Below, piece after piece: positions 8,217 through 17,235 of a stretch of 64,000 nucleotides of DNA. Under the pieces are notes generated by a model. That model saw only the letters and a list, made by a program, of their open reading frames with translations. It did not search any database and was not told where the DNA came from. The DNA is from a virus. Lineage: Duplodnaviria; Heunggongvirae; Uroviricota; Caudoviricetes; Crassvirales. Where the stretch lies: IMG/VR virus record IMGVR_UViG_3300029521_000003. One strand, given 5' to 3'. Both the position numbers and the translations under genes were made by a program. Position 1 is the stretch's first letter. Each line of letters begins with the position of its first letter.

Positions 8217-9437
8217 ATGGAAGAGAAGGATTCATTTGATAGGGCACTGGAGAAGTTAATACTCCGAAGACAGAGGATATTGGATGGCAAGATAAATTGT
8301 ATTCCATTGTCTTTCCCAAGATTAAGAGTGTGGCTCCCCGGAATAGAGAAAAGAAGGTATAATATTATTACTGCAAATCAAAAGGTTGGTAAATCAAAAC
8401 TTGCTGACTATATGCTTGTTTATGAACCCTTCTTCTATGCAATTGAGCACCCTGACCAACTAAGGTTGAAGATACTCTATTTTACCCTTGAAATGGGTAA
8501 AGAAGAGAAGTTCTATGAATTCTTATGTCACCTATTATTTAGGCTTGACAGAGTAAGAATAAGTCCAACTGATTTGAAGAGTACTTCTGCTGATAGACCA
8601 GTTCCTCAGGAGATTTTAGATTTGCTTGCATCTAAGAGATACCAAGTGTATATCCAGAAGTTTAAGGAAACTATAATCTATATTGATTCAGAGAGAAATC
8701 CTACTGGTATTAATAAGTATTGTAGGAATTTTGCTCTGAGTAGAGGGAAGTTCCACTTCAAGAAGGTTATCATGAAGAATGAAGCTGGACTTGAAGAGGA
8801 GAGAGATGTAATAGACTATTATGAACCAGATGATAAGGATGAATATGTAGAAATTATCTTAGACAACTATTCAAATCTTATGCAGGAGAGTGGCATGAAT
8901 AAAATGCAGACTATTGAGAAGATGAGTAAATATTTCATCACTCAAAGAGACCAGTTTGATTTTAATATCACTGCAATCCAGCATCAAGCTCAGGCTCAGG
9001 AAGGAATTGAAAATCAGAAGTTGAATAAGATGATGCCTTCATCTGATGGTCTTGCAGATTGTAAGACTACCACAAGGGATGCAAATCTTGTGCTTGGTTT
9101 ATATAGTCCATTTAAGTATGGTCTAAGGGAATATGAAGGTTATGATGTGACCAAATTCAAAAACAACATCAGGTTTATGCAAGTTATTGAGGATAGAGAT
9201 AATGGAGCAGGGGGTCAAATATGTCCACTGTTCTTTGATGGAGCTGTAAGTACATTTACTGAACTTCCCTTGCCTAATAATAAGCCTGAACTTGAAAGAT
9301 GTCTTGAATATATTGAGACAGTTGTAAGAAGGAGGACCAACTATACTTTCATGAATGTCTCTATAAGAAAAGCCAGAGTAAGAAAGTGGAAGATGAATTT
9401 GCATAGGTTAGTTAAATTGATTACCTTTGCAGACTAA
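8217..9437 (+). CDS. DnaB-like replicative helicase (RecA-fold C-terminal domain)
   Basis: Walker A VGKSKL. ILYFTLEMGKEE matches the DnaB H1a motif FSLEMS. IILDNYSNLMQ matches Walker B DYLQLM. RDANLVLGLYSP matches the DnaB arginine-finger region. Confidence 0.5.
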   Translation: MEEKDSFDRALEKLILRRQRILDGKINCIPLSFPRLRVWLPGIEKRRYNIITANQKVGKSKLADYMLVYEPFFYAIEHPDQLRLKILYFTLEMGKEEKFYEFLCHLLFRLDRVRISPTDLKSTSADRPVPQEILDLLASKRYQVYIQKFKETIIYIDSERNPTGINKYCRNFALSRGKFHFKKVIMKNEAGLEEERDVIDYYEPDDKDEYVEIILDNYSNLMQESGMNKMQTIEKMSKYFITQRDQFDFNITAIQHQAQAQEGIENQKLNKMMPSSDGLADCKTTTRDANLVLGLYSPFKYGLREYEGYDVTKFKNNIRFMQVIEDRDNGAGGQICPLFFDGAVSTFTELPLPNNKPELERCLEYIETVVRRRTNYTFMNVSIRKARVRKWKMNLHRLVKLITFAD

Positions 9438-9454
9438 TTAAATAAGGAGGAAAA

Positions 9455-10231
9455 ATGATAGTATTACCTACAGAAAGGAAGAAAGCAGAGAACTACAATC
9501 CAAGCCTTTTGGTTCTATTTGGTAAGCCAAAGAGTGGTAAATCAACTCTTATGGCTGCACTTGACTCTAATCTTATTATAGATTTGGAGAATGGTTATAG
9601 AGCCTTGAGTGTTATGGATGTTCAAGTGAGGTCAGCAGAGCAACTCTTTCAGGTCAAAGGCATGATTGAGGCTAAGATGCAACAGGAAGGGAAATTCCCT
9701 TACAGATTCATCACTATTGACAATGCTACAAGGCTTGAGGAAATGTCTCTACCTTATGCAGCACATCTTTATAGAAGTACTGCAATGGGACAGGGTTGGG
9801 GAAAGATTAAAGACCCCAAGACTGGTAAATTTGAGATTGACCCTAAAGCAGATGTAAGGTTGTTGCCAAATGGTGCTGGATATTTGTATCTTAGACAGGC
9901 AATCAGAAAGATGATTGATATGTTTAAACCTCTATGTGAGACTCTTATCTTAGTGGCTCATGTGAAAGACAAACAAATCAAGAAAGATGGTGAGGAAATG
10001 TCTGAAATGTCAGTTGATTTGGCTGGTAAACTTGGAGACATTATCTGTGGAGAAGCAGATGCAATTGGTTATATTTATAGAGAAAAGAATAACACTCTTA
10101 TCTCTTTTGAAGGTGGTGATAACACCATCAGAGAAGCAAGACCATTGCATTTGAGAGGTAAGAAGTTTGTAGTTGCTACATCTGATGAAGACAATCATAT
10201 TAAGGTTGATATGAGTAAAATCTTTGTTTGA
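9455..10231 (+). CDS. RecA-fold ATPase (AAA_24 / Sak4-like candidate)
   Basis: Walker A GKPKSGKST near the N-terminus, Walker B FITID, size about 260 aa. Strong AAGGAGG Shine-Dalgarno at 9443-9449. Confidence 0.45.
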   Translation: MIVLPTERKKAENYNPSLLVLFGKPKSGKSTLMAALDSNLIIDLENGYRALSVMDVQVRSAEQLFQVKGMIEAKMQQEGKFPYRFITIDNATRLEEMSLPYAAHLYRSTAMGQGWGKIKDPKTGKFEIDPKADVRLLPNGAGYLYLRQAIRKMIDMFKPLCETLILVAHVKDKQIKKDGEEMSEMSVDLAGKLGDIICGEADAIGYIYREKNNTLISFEGGDNTIREARPLHLRGKKFVVATSDEDNHIKVDMSKIFV

Positions 10232-10503
10232 TGAATAGGAATGAAGTAGTCAGGATTAGTAGGCTTGTAGCCTTTGGTGGACTGACTGAAACAGAAGTAA
10301 GTATTCTATTGATGCAATACTGTTTGGAGCATAATAAGCCTTATTATGAATCTACAGTGTTTGTTACTCTTCTATTAAAGTCTGGGGATATAATGCCCTT
10401 CTTTATGGAAGCATTGGAATATTATGAAAAGAAATACACCATAAATAAACTGCAAAGTAAGCCCAATGAAATAGGGCAAAGACAAATAATTTTTATAAAT
10501 TGA
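10231..10503 (+). CDS. hypothetical protein
   Basis: The track ORF starts at TTG 10228; the in-frame ATG at 10231 gives a TGATG overlap with the upstream gene. Confidence 0.4.
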   Translation: MNRNEVVRISRLVAFGGLTETEVSILLMQYCLEHNKPYYESTVFVTLLLKSGDIMPFFMEALEYYEKKYTINKLQSKPNEIGQRQIIFIN

Positions 10504-10508
10504 ACATT

Positions 10509-10898
10509 ATGAAAGAGTTAAGTAGATTTGAGTTGGCTATTGTTAAAAGAACAGCCCAGAACACCAAGAGTTTGAGAACTAAAAGAGACAAACTGGTAGA
10601 GAAGATTGAAAAAGCACAGGAGGAATTGACTACAATCAATGAAGCCATTGAAGGCTTTGAAGCTCCTATCAAGACTATGACTGGTGGTTTCACTTCTGAG
10701 GAAGTGTTATCTGGTGCTATGGCAGTAGCAGAGGCAACAGAAGCAGCTCCAGAAGGAGAAGTTTCAGAAGAAGCTGTAGGTGAGGTAGAAGTACCTGCAT
10801 CTGAGGCAGTTGCATTGGCAGAGGAAGTTGCAACAGAGACTTCTGTAGCTGTAAATCCTTTTGGAGAAGGTGATGATGAAATGCCTTTCAAAGATTAA
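10509..10898 (+). CDS. acidic coiled-coil protein
   Basis: The track ORF starts at TTG 10500; first in-frame ATG is 10509. E/A-rich C-terminal half ending DDEMPFKD. Confidence 0.4.
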   Translation: MKELSRFELAIVKRTAQNTKSLRTKRDKLVEKIEKAQEELTTINEAIEGFEAPIKTMTGGFTSEEVLSGAMAVAEATEAAPEGEVSEEAVGEVEVPASEAVALAEEVATETSVAVNPFGEGDDEMPFKD

Positions 10899-10921
10899 TC
10901 ACACAAAATCAGTAATTTAAG

Positions 10922-11839
10922 ATGAAGAATTTAAACAAAAGTTTCATGGCTGTGAAGGTAGGTAAAGAATCAGTTGAAGGTTCTTTCAAGATGTACAAAG
11001 GTATGGCTGCATTCAATATTGTGGCTGTAAATCCTACTAAAGCAGAGTTGGAGGCTCTTACAGGCAGAGAGCTTGAGAATGAGCCTGAGTATGTTGGTAA
11101 AACTGATGAAGGTAAGGAACAGGTGAGAGTAGTATTTTATGGTAAGACTGCTCCTGATGCCAAGCTGAACAATGGTATTGAAATGCTTATTCCTATCAGC
11201 TTTATGCTGACTAAGGATTACAGGGTGGGTCAGACCAGTGGTAAATATCAGATTATTGATAAGTTTGGTAGAACTGCCTGGGCTACAAAGGAAGAAGTAC
11301 AGTCCAAGGCTATTCCTCAATACACTTCTGGACCAGCCAATATTAGTGCTGACTACAGACTTGCATGGCAAGGTGAGGAGTTCTTGACTGATTTCCTTAT
11401 TCAGTGGCTGAATATTCCGGGTCCTGCTGTATATAAAGACAAGGTTTGGGTGATGAAAGAGAACACTGATGACAGTGAGGTTTCTCTTGATATGGCAGCC
11501 CTATTCAAAGGTGATGTAAAAGAGCTTAAAGAGCTTGTTACTCTTGCTGCTGCTTATATAGTTAAAGGTGCAGTAGGTATCAGAACTGTGGATAATGAAA
11601 ATGGTACAAGACAGTATCAGGCTGTATTCACAAGGAAGTTTGCAAAGAATGCTGTAACAGATTATAGCAAGATTGATGCTGCAATCACAGAGTTCCAGAA
11701 TGCAGGTGGTGCTCCGGGCACTGAGTTCTCAACTCAACCCTTACATGAAAATGTAGTAGAAGCTACAACTTTCACACCTGCTGCTGACAATGACCCATTA
11801 GGAGCAGCTACAGCTCCTACATCAACTCCTTGGGGTTAA
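10922..11839 (+). CDS. hypothetical protein (possible ssDNA-binding protein by position only)
   Basis: 305 aa, located between helicase/ATPase and primase genes where crAss-like phages carry an SSB. No motif-level support. Confidence 0.4.
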   Translation: MKNLNKSFMAVKVGKESVEGSFKMYKGMAAFNIVAVNPTKAELEALTGRELENEPEYVGKTDEGKEQVRVVFYGKTAPDAKLNNGIEMLIPISFMLTKDYRVGQTSGKYQIIDKFGRTAWATKEEVQSKAIPQYTSGPANISADYRLAWQGEEFLTDFLIQWLNIPGPAVYKDKVWVMKENTDDSEVSLDMAALFKGDVKELKELVTLAAAYIVKGAVGIRTVDNENGTRQYQAVFTRKFAKNAVTDYSKIDAAITEFQNAGGAPGTEFSTQPLHENVVEATTFTPAADNDPLGAATAPTSTPWG

Positions 11840-11859
11840 TAACATAAAGATTTAGAACT

Positions 11860-12855
11860 ATGGCTATTAGTATTGGTAAACCTAATATCAGATTAGAAGA
11901 GATTTTATCAAAGGTATCAGAATTAGACATTTTGAACCATTATTTTGGGGTAAGTAATGTTCCCTGTATTATATCAAGTCCATTAAGACCTGATAACCAT
12001 CCATCCTTTGGTTTTTATAGCATAGATGGTCAGAAGATACATTGGACAGACTTGGCTACAAAAGATAAAGGAGGAACATTTGATTTATTAGGCAAGTATT
12101 GGGGGGAGAGTTACAATGATGTGCTTGCACATATTTGGGAGGACTTATCCAAGATTACCAAGACTAATGGCTATAGTGCCTTAGGTAAACCTAAGATTGT
12201 CACTACCAAGGAATACAGTTCCAACCTTGATTTACAATGTAAGACAAGGGAATGGAGAAAGTATGACCTTGAGTATTGGGCTTCATTTGGCATCACTTTA
12301 GAGTGGTTGAAATATGCTGACATTTATCCTATATCCTATAAAATAATCATAAAAGGAGAGTCCAGAATGGTCTTTCCAGCAGATAAATATGCTTATGCTT
12401 ATGTAGAATATAAGGAAGGGAAAGTCACTTTAAAGATATATCAACCATTCAATAAAAAGGGATACAAGTGGTCCAACAGGCATGATAGGTCAGTAATTAG
12501 CTTATGGACTAAAGTACCTGAATATGGGGATAGGATATGTATCTGTTCCTCAATGAAGGATGCTTTATGTCTATGGGCAAACACTGGAATACCAGCTATA
12601 GCCATTCAAGGAGAGGGTTATGGTATCAGTGATACTGCTGTTAATGAACTCAAAAGAAGATACAAGGAAGTATTTATCTTATTGGATAATGATAAAGCTG
12701 GTCTCATAGATGGAGAGAAACTATCAGCATCCACTGGGTTTACTAACATAGTATTGCCACAATTTGAAGGAGGAAAAGATGTCTCTGACCTCTATAAAAC
12801 AATAGGAGACAAAGAACAATTCAGAGAAATAATTTTAAGCCTATTTGATAGGTAA
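11860..12855 (+). CDS. DNA primase, TOPRIM domain (DnaG-like)
   Basis: C-terminal TOPRIM: conserved Glu region GIPAIAIQGEGYG and acidic DxD motif VFILLDNDKAG. Confidence 0.55.
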   Translation: MAISIGKPNIRLEEILSKVSELDILNHYFGVSNVPCIISSPLRPDNHPSFGFYSIDGQKIHWTDLATKDKGGTFDLLGKYWGESYNDVLAHIWEDLSKITKTNGYSALGKPKIVTTKEYSSNLDLQCKTREWRKYDLEYWASFGITLEWLKYADIYPISYKIIIKGESRMVFPADKYAYAYVEYKEGKVTLKIYQPFNKKGYKWSNRHDRSVISLWTKVPEYGDRICICSSMKDALCLWANTGIPAIAIQGEGYGISDTAVNELKRRYKEVFILLDNDKAGLIDGEKLSASTGFTNIVLPQFEGGKDVSDLYKTIGDKEQFREIILSLFDR

Positions 12856-12860
12856 TGTTT

Positions 12861-12878
12861 TATCACTAAAAAAAAATC
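12861..12878 (+). promoter_or_regulatory. conserved A-run upstream element (TATCACTAAAAAAAAATC, then ATG)
   Basis: Same motif family as 61-80. Sits between the primase stop and the next start. Confidence 0.5.
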
Positions 12879-13562
12879 ATGGAATTTAGAAAAGTAACCA
12901 TCATCAACAACAAAACTCAGTCTCAAAAAGTTATTCAGGCATCTTCTGCAACTACACTGGGTGAGTTGAAAAGAGAAATGAGAGAAGCAGGTATTGAATT
13001 TGAAGGAATGACATTCTTTGAGGGTCATTTGAGAGCAGAATTGAAAGATGATGCTTCTATCCTTCCTACCAATATTCCTTACAAAGGACAGGTAGTAAAT
13101 GATTTGACATTCCTGCTGACTGCACCTGAAAAGAAAATCAAGTCTGGTGCAATGTCAAGGGCAGAAGCCTATAATGCAATCAAAGCAAGAGGCTTGCAGG
13201 ATGAATGTGTAAAAAGGTTCGGAAAGAACTTCACTATGTGTAAAACTCAGGACTTGATTGACCTGTTGAAGGAAGATAGTGTTCTTAAAGAGGAAAAGAA
13301 AGAGGTTGTGAAAGAAAAGCCCGCAAAGAAAGAAGTAGCAAAAGAACCTGTAAAGGAAGAGAAAGTAGTGGAAGCTGCTGCTTCCTCTGAGGGTAATGTT
13401 GCTGGTGCTCTTGAAATCTTACTTGAAGACCTTTATGGTTCTGATGTAATTGAAGAGGGAACCTATGACAGGGCTATGGCTGTATTGAAAGGTACAACCT
13501 ATTCTGCACCTGAAAAGATGTCAAAGGCAGAAATCAACAAGATGTTTGACTTTGTTCATTAA
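12879..13562 (+). CDS. hypothetical protein (Lys/Glu-rich). N-terminal 90 aa possibly beta-grasp-like
   Basis: 227 aa. Preceded by the conserved A-run element and followed by a hairpin terminator. Confidence 0.45.
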   Translation: MEFRKVTIINNKTQSQKVIQASSATTLGELKREMREAGIEFEGMTFFEGHLRAELKDDASILPTNIPYKGQVVNDLTFLLTAPEKKIKSGAMSRAEAYNAIKARGLQDECVKRFGKNFTMCKTQDLIDLLKEDSVLKEEKKEVVKEKPAKKEVAKEPVKEEKVVEAAASSEGNVAGALEILLEDLYGSDVIEEGTYDRAMAVLKGTTYSAPEKMSKAEINKMFDFVH

Positions 13563-13574
13563 GTAGAAACCAGT

Positions 13575-13616
13575 GAGGGAGGAGGCTGAATAAGCCTTCC
13601 CCCTCATTTTTTTTTA
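13575..13616 (+). terminator. intrinsic terminator
   Basis: GAGGGAGGAGGCT-gaataa-AGCCTTCCCCCTC hairpin (one mismatch) followed by ATTTTTTTTT. Confidence 0.55.
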
Positions 13617-13623
13617 TCATGCA

Positions 13624-14955
13624 ATGACCGAAGAAATAAAGAAACAAGTCCATGAACTACATAATAGTATCATGGAAAGACCAAATCAAATCTTACAGTT
13701 CTTTCAAGACTTCTTTGGTGAAGGGAGAGTAGAAATGCAAGGTTTTCTGACTGAGGATGAACTATATACATATCTTAGTGTAAATCCTTTGGGAACATTC
13801 ATAGAATGGACAAATATAACAGATTCTTCTGCTTATCAGAATATGAATAGAGAAGACCGAGAGGTAATAAATCTCTTTTGGACAGCAGAAGGTGCTAATA
13901 ATGAAACTGTTACAAGTGATTCTGCATTAGCTAAATACTTCTTGCCAGTAATAAAGGAGAAGATTGCCAATACTATGTTCAATAATCTGTTTATTCTTAT
14001 CTATTTTCCTACAGTAAGGATTACAAATGAATATGACAAGTTTGTAGATATTAAGGATTTATGGCTTAAAGTTCCTTTCAATTGGAAGGGAAAAGGTAAA
14101 GGATATTTTGGAGTGAACAGGTCTAATTATCCTCTTAATCATTTCAAGAGTAATTATATGCACAGTCATGTATCTTCTATTCCAACAAACAACTTTGAGA
14201 ACTTTCAAACACCTTGTACTGGCAGAGGACCTATCAACTCTTCTCTTTCTACATTGGCTATAGGATATGATGAAGCCATTTGGCAATTATTATGTCTGGA
14301 GCTTGACAGGTATGTAAGAGTAGAATCCATTGATGGAGTTCCACACCACAGGCTTGAGAATATTTCTGCACCAGAGATGGGAAATGCTAAGGATAGATTT
14401 CCTATGCAATCCCTCAGAGGCATTATTCATTGGAATATCTTTGGAAAAGAACAATTCAGACCATTCATTAAACACCTTCTGGAGACTAAGAAGATTAGGT
14501 TCAACTATGTCAATGGAAGTTATGGGTTAGGAATGTCTTTCATTGATACAGTAGTTCTTATCAGCAATGAATTTATCAGTTGGTATAATACTGAGTATAA
14601 CAAACATACTATTGACATTAGTTATGCTGACCTTGTTAGCAATGGAATTATCAATGAATGTATTATAACCAATGGCAAAGTCTATGTACCAGAGCCAGTC
14701 AGAAGAGGTAGTAGGGATGACTATCAGAGATATGTAGGAAGGAAAATCTGTACATTCAAAGGTAGGGATATTACCTTGACTATTGATGGGGTATTGTCCT
14801 CAGAGGAGGAATCTCTCAATAGAACAAGGATATTGAATTTACAATGTATTGAAGCTATTGTATGTAGTATATTGAGAATATTAAATTATGGATATGGAAG
14901 AGAAGAAAGAAGTGAAACCAGTACTGGAGTTAGTCCACAGACAAGATATATTTAA
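13624..14955 (+). CDS. hypothetical protein upstream of the JAB/E1 pair
   Basis: 443 aa. 68-nt overlap with the JAB gene, which lies in the +1 frame relative to it. Confidence 0.45.
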   Translation: MTEEIKKQVHELHNSIMERPNQILQFFQDFFGEGRVEMQGFLTEDELYTYLSVNPLGTFIEWTNITDSSAYQNMNREDREVINLFWTAEGANNETVTSDSALAKYFLPVIKEKIANTMFNNLFILIYFPTVRITNEYDKFVDIKDLWLKVPFNWKGKGKGYFGVNRSNYPLNHFKSNYMHSHVSSIPTNNFENFQTPCTGRGPINSSLSTLAIGYDEAIWQLLCLELDRYVRVESIDGVPHHRLENISAPEMGNAKDRFPMQSLRGIIHWNIFGKEQFRPFIKHLLETKKIRFNYVNGSYGLGMSFIDTVVLISNEFISWYNTEYNKHTIDISYADLVSNGIINECIITNGKVYVPEPVRRGSRDDYQRYVGRKICTFKGRDITLTIDGVLSSEEESLNRTRILNLQCIEAIVCSILRILNYGYGREERSETSTGVSPQTRYI

Positions 14956-16141
14956 GATTGTCATTCCAGCAGAGGTTGAGAAAAAGATAAGATTTTTATG
15001 CAAGAACATCTGGGATGTAGAATGGTCAGGTGTATTGTTCTATAAAGTTGAGGGAGCTTTTGAAGATAAATCCCTAACTATCAGGTGTGTAGATTTGTTC
15101 CAAATGGATATTGGTACAAGTGCATATACTGAGTTCAATGTGTCTCCTGATATGGCTGCATACATGGTGGACCATCCTGAGTTATTGGAAGAGGGCATAT
15201 ATCAAGGATTAATCCACAGCCATAATAATATGGCTACTTTCTTTAGTGGTACTGATACTGCCACTTTAAGTGCAGAGGGTAATGATATGGCTCACTTTGT
15301 ATCATTGATTGTAAATAATGCAGGTAAATATACTGCTGGTGTTACAAGGAAGTACAAATGTGTCCAGACTGTATCTGAGAAATATACTTATCCCACTTGG
15401 AATGGTGAAGTAAGAGAGGGAGTAGAGACCTTTGACATTGAAGAAGAGAAACTTGAATGGTTCAATTTGGATATAGTGTTTGAGAATGCAACTGATGACT
15501 TTGAGACTGAAATGATGGAAAGAATCAAGGAAATCAAAGAGGCTAAGAAGAAAGTTGTAACTCCTATGTATGGTGGTAGAAACTACCCCCAATATGGTAA
15601 CTATGGAAAAGCCATTACCCCAACTAAGGAGGTGGGAAGTACATTTCCTATGGATGAAGATAAATACTATGGGAAGAAAAGAGGCTGGTATGACCCTCAG
15701 AAAGATAAACAGGACAAGCAATTACCTGCTAAACAAGGTGAGCTACCTTTTGACCAACCTGAGGAAGAAAATGTTGAGATTCCTTATGGTACTATAACAA
15801 TTGACCCTGATATAGTTCAGTCTATTGTAAGACAGCTTGTCACATCAAGCATTATCATTTCAAATGAAAGTGCAGTTGATGTCAAGAAGTGGGCTAACTC
15901 TATGGAGAGTCTTTACAGAAGGAGATTTGGAAGTGTGAAAGAGTTTGAGTATTTTGCATCAAACTATGTAGATTACCTTATTAATTATACCTATGATGGT
16001 GATGTTATGGCAGTCATTAATAATGATGATTCTGTCATGGCTGCATTATTGGCTCATGATGTAAGGGAAGAACTCAAGAAACTGCCAAAGAATCCTTGGT
16101 TAAGTGTTTATATCAAATTAATGGATGATTATATTTATTAA
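14888..16141 (+). CDS. JAB/MPN (JAMM) metalloprotease domain protein
   Basis: Perfect JAMM motif GLIHSHNNMATFFSGTD (HxHx7Sx2D) at nt 15215-15256, with the upstream conserved Glu in DVEWSGVLFYKVEG. C-terminal 250 aa is charged and low-complexity. Confidence 0.65.
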   Translation: MDMEEKKEVKPVLELVHRQDIFKIVIPAEVEKKIRFLCKNIWDVEWSGVLFYKVEGAFEDKSLTIRCVDLFQMDIGTSAYTEFNVSPDMAAYMVDHPELLEEGIYQGLIHSHNNMATFFSGTDTATLSAEGNDMAHFVSLIVNNAGKYTAGVTRKYKCVQTVSEKYTYPTWNGEVREGVETFDIEEEKLEWFNLDIVFENATDDFETEMMERIKEIKEAKKKVVTPMYGGRNYPQYGNYGKAITPTKEVGSTFPMDEDKYYGKKRGWYDPQKDKQDKQLPAKQGELPFDQPEEENVEIPYGTITIDPDIVQSIVRQLVTSSIIISNESAVDVKKWANSMESLYRRRFGSVKEFEYFASNYVDYLINYTYDGDVMAVINNDDSVMAALLAHDVREELKKLPKNPWLSVYIKLMDDYIY

Positions 16142-16143
16142 TT

Positions 16144-17235
16144 ATGGAAGATGAAGTATTAGAAAGTGCTATCAGTCAAATGACTGTAGATACAGAGACA
16201 AGTGCTCCAGAAGAGACTTTGGTATATAGCTCTGCAAGTGATATAGAATCAGCAGTAGCTCTATTAAATAGTGGTGAGTGGGAAATAATCCATGAAGCAC
16301 AACATGTAAGTGGTGCTTGGATTATAACTATTGGTGCTGTAGAACCAGAGGTTCCTATGTCTACTATCACACTTATAGCAACATTGGAAGTATCAAATAT
16401 TCTACATAATGCTCAGAATACTGAGGATGTTCCATTAGAAATTGATGAACAAGGAGAGGCATTACTTGAAGCTGCATTGGCTGCTGAGGAAGTAGTGATT
16501 CCACCTAATTCAGGTAGTTTGCTTGTAGATGAAGCTACAAGTAGATTCAGTGGAGCTATCTGGTATAGTGCCATTCAATCCAAGACTATTACATTAGCTG
16601 GTGTAGGTGGTATAGGAAGTTATGTTGGCTTTCTACTTGCAAGATTAAAACCCGCTGGGTTATATTTATATGACCCAGATATAGTTGAACAGGCTAATAT
16701 GTCTGGTCAATTATACAGTAGTAGTGATTTGGGACAATCAAAAGTCAGCTCTCTTCATAGAATGTTACAATTATATGCAAACTATTATAATAGTTTGGCA
16801 TATCAGGAAAGGTTTACTGCTGAAAGTGAAGCTACAGATATTATGATTTGTGGCTTTGATAACATGGAAGCAAGGAGATTGTTCTTTGATAAATGGCTTG
16901 AGCATGTAGGTAATAAACCTGAGGGAGAGAGGTCTAAATGTTTATTCATTGATGGTAGATTGGCAGCAGAAGAATTTCAAGTCTTTGCTATTCAAGGCAA
17001 TGATGAAAGGGCTATAGTTGAATATGGTAGGAAATGGTTGTTCAGTGATGCAGCAGCAGATGAAACCATCTGTAGCTACAAACAAACAACATTCATGGCA
17101 AATATGATTGCATCTATTATGGTCAATCTGTTTGTAAACTTCGTAGCTAATGAATGCAATCCTATCATAGATAGAGATGTGCCTTTTATGACTCAATATT
17201 CTGCTGATACAATGTACTTTAAAGTAGAAATGTAA
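16144..17235 (+). CDS. E1-like / ThiF-MoeB family adenylyltransferase
   Basis: Rossmann nucleotide loop ITLAGVGGIGSYVGFLLA at about nt 16594-16620. YLYDPDIVEQANMSGQ matches the E1 D.D.VE.SNL.RQ region. ICGFDNMEARRLF matches the MoeB/ThiF DCTDN..R motif. The N-terminal 150 aa is acidic and Cys-free. Confidence 0.65.
   Translation: MEDEVLESAISQMTVDTETSAPEETLVYSSASDIESAVALLNSGEWEIIHEAQHVSGAWIITIGAVEPEVPMSTITLIATLEVSNILHNAQNTEDVPLEIDEQGEALLEAALAAEEVVIPPNSGSLLVDEATSRFSGAIWYSAIQSKTITLAGVGGIGSYVGFLLARLKPAGLYLYDPDIVEQANMSGQLYSSSDLGQSKVSSLHRMLQLYANYYNSLAYQERFTAESEATDIMICGFDNMEARRLFFDKWLEHVGNKPEGERSKCLFIDGRLAAEEFQVFAIQGNDERAIVEYGRKWLFSDAAADETICSYKQTTFMANMIASIMVNLFVNFVANECNPIIDRDVPFMTQYSADTMYFKVEM

Noticed and set aside
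10922-11839. Assigning SSB or SSAP function to the 305-aa protein
   Set aside because: Only positional logic supports it. There is no OB-fold signature or acidic C-terminal tail (ends APTSTPWG), so it is left as hypothetical.
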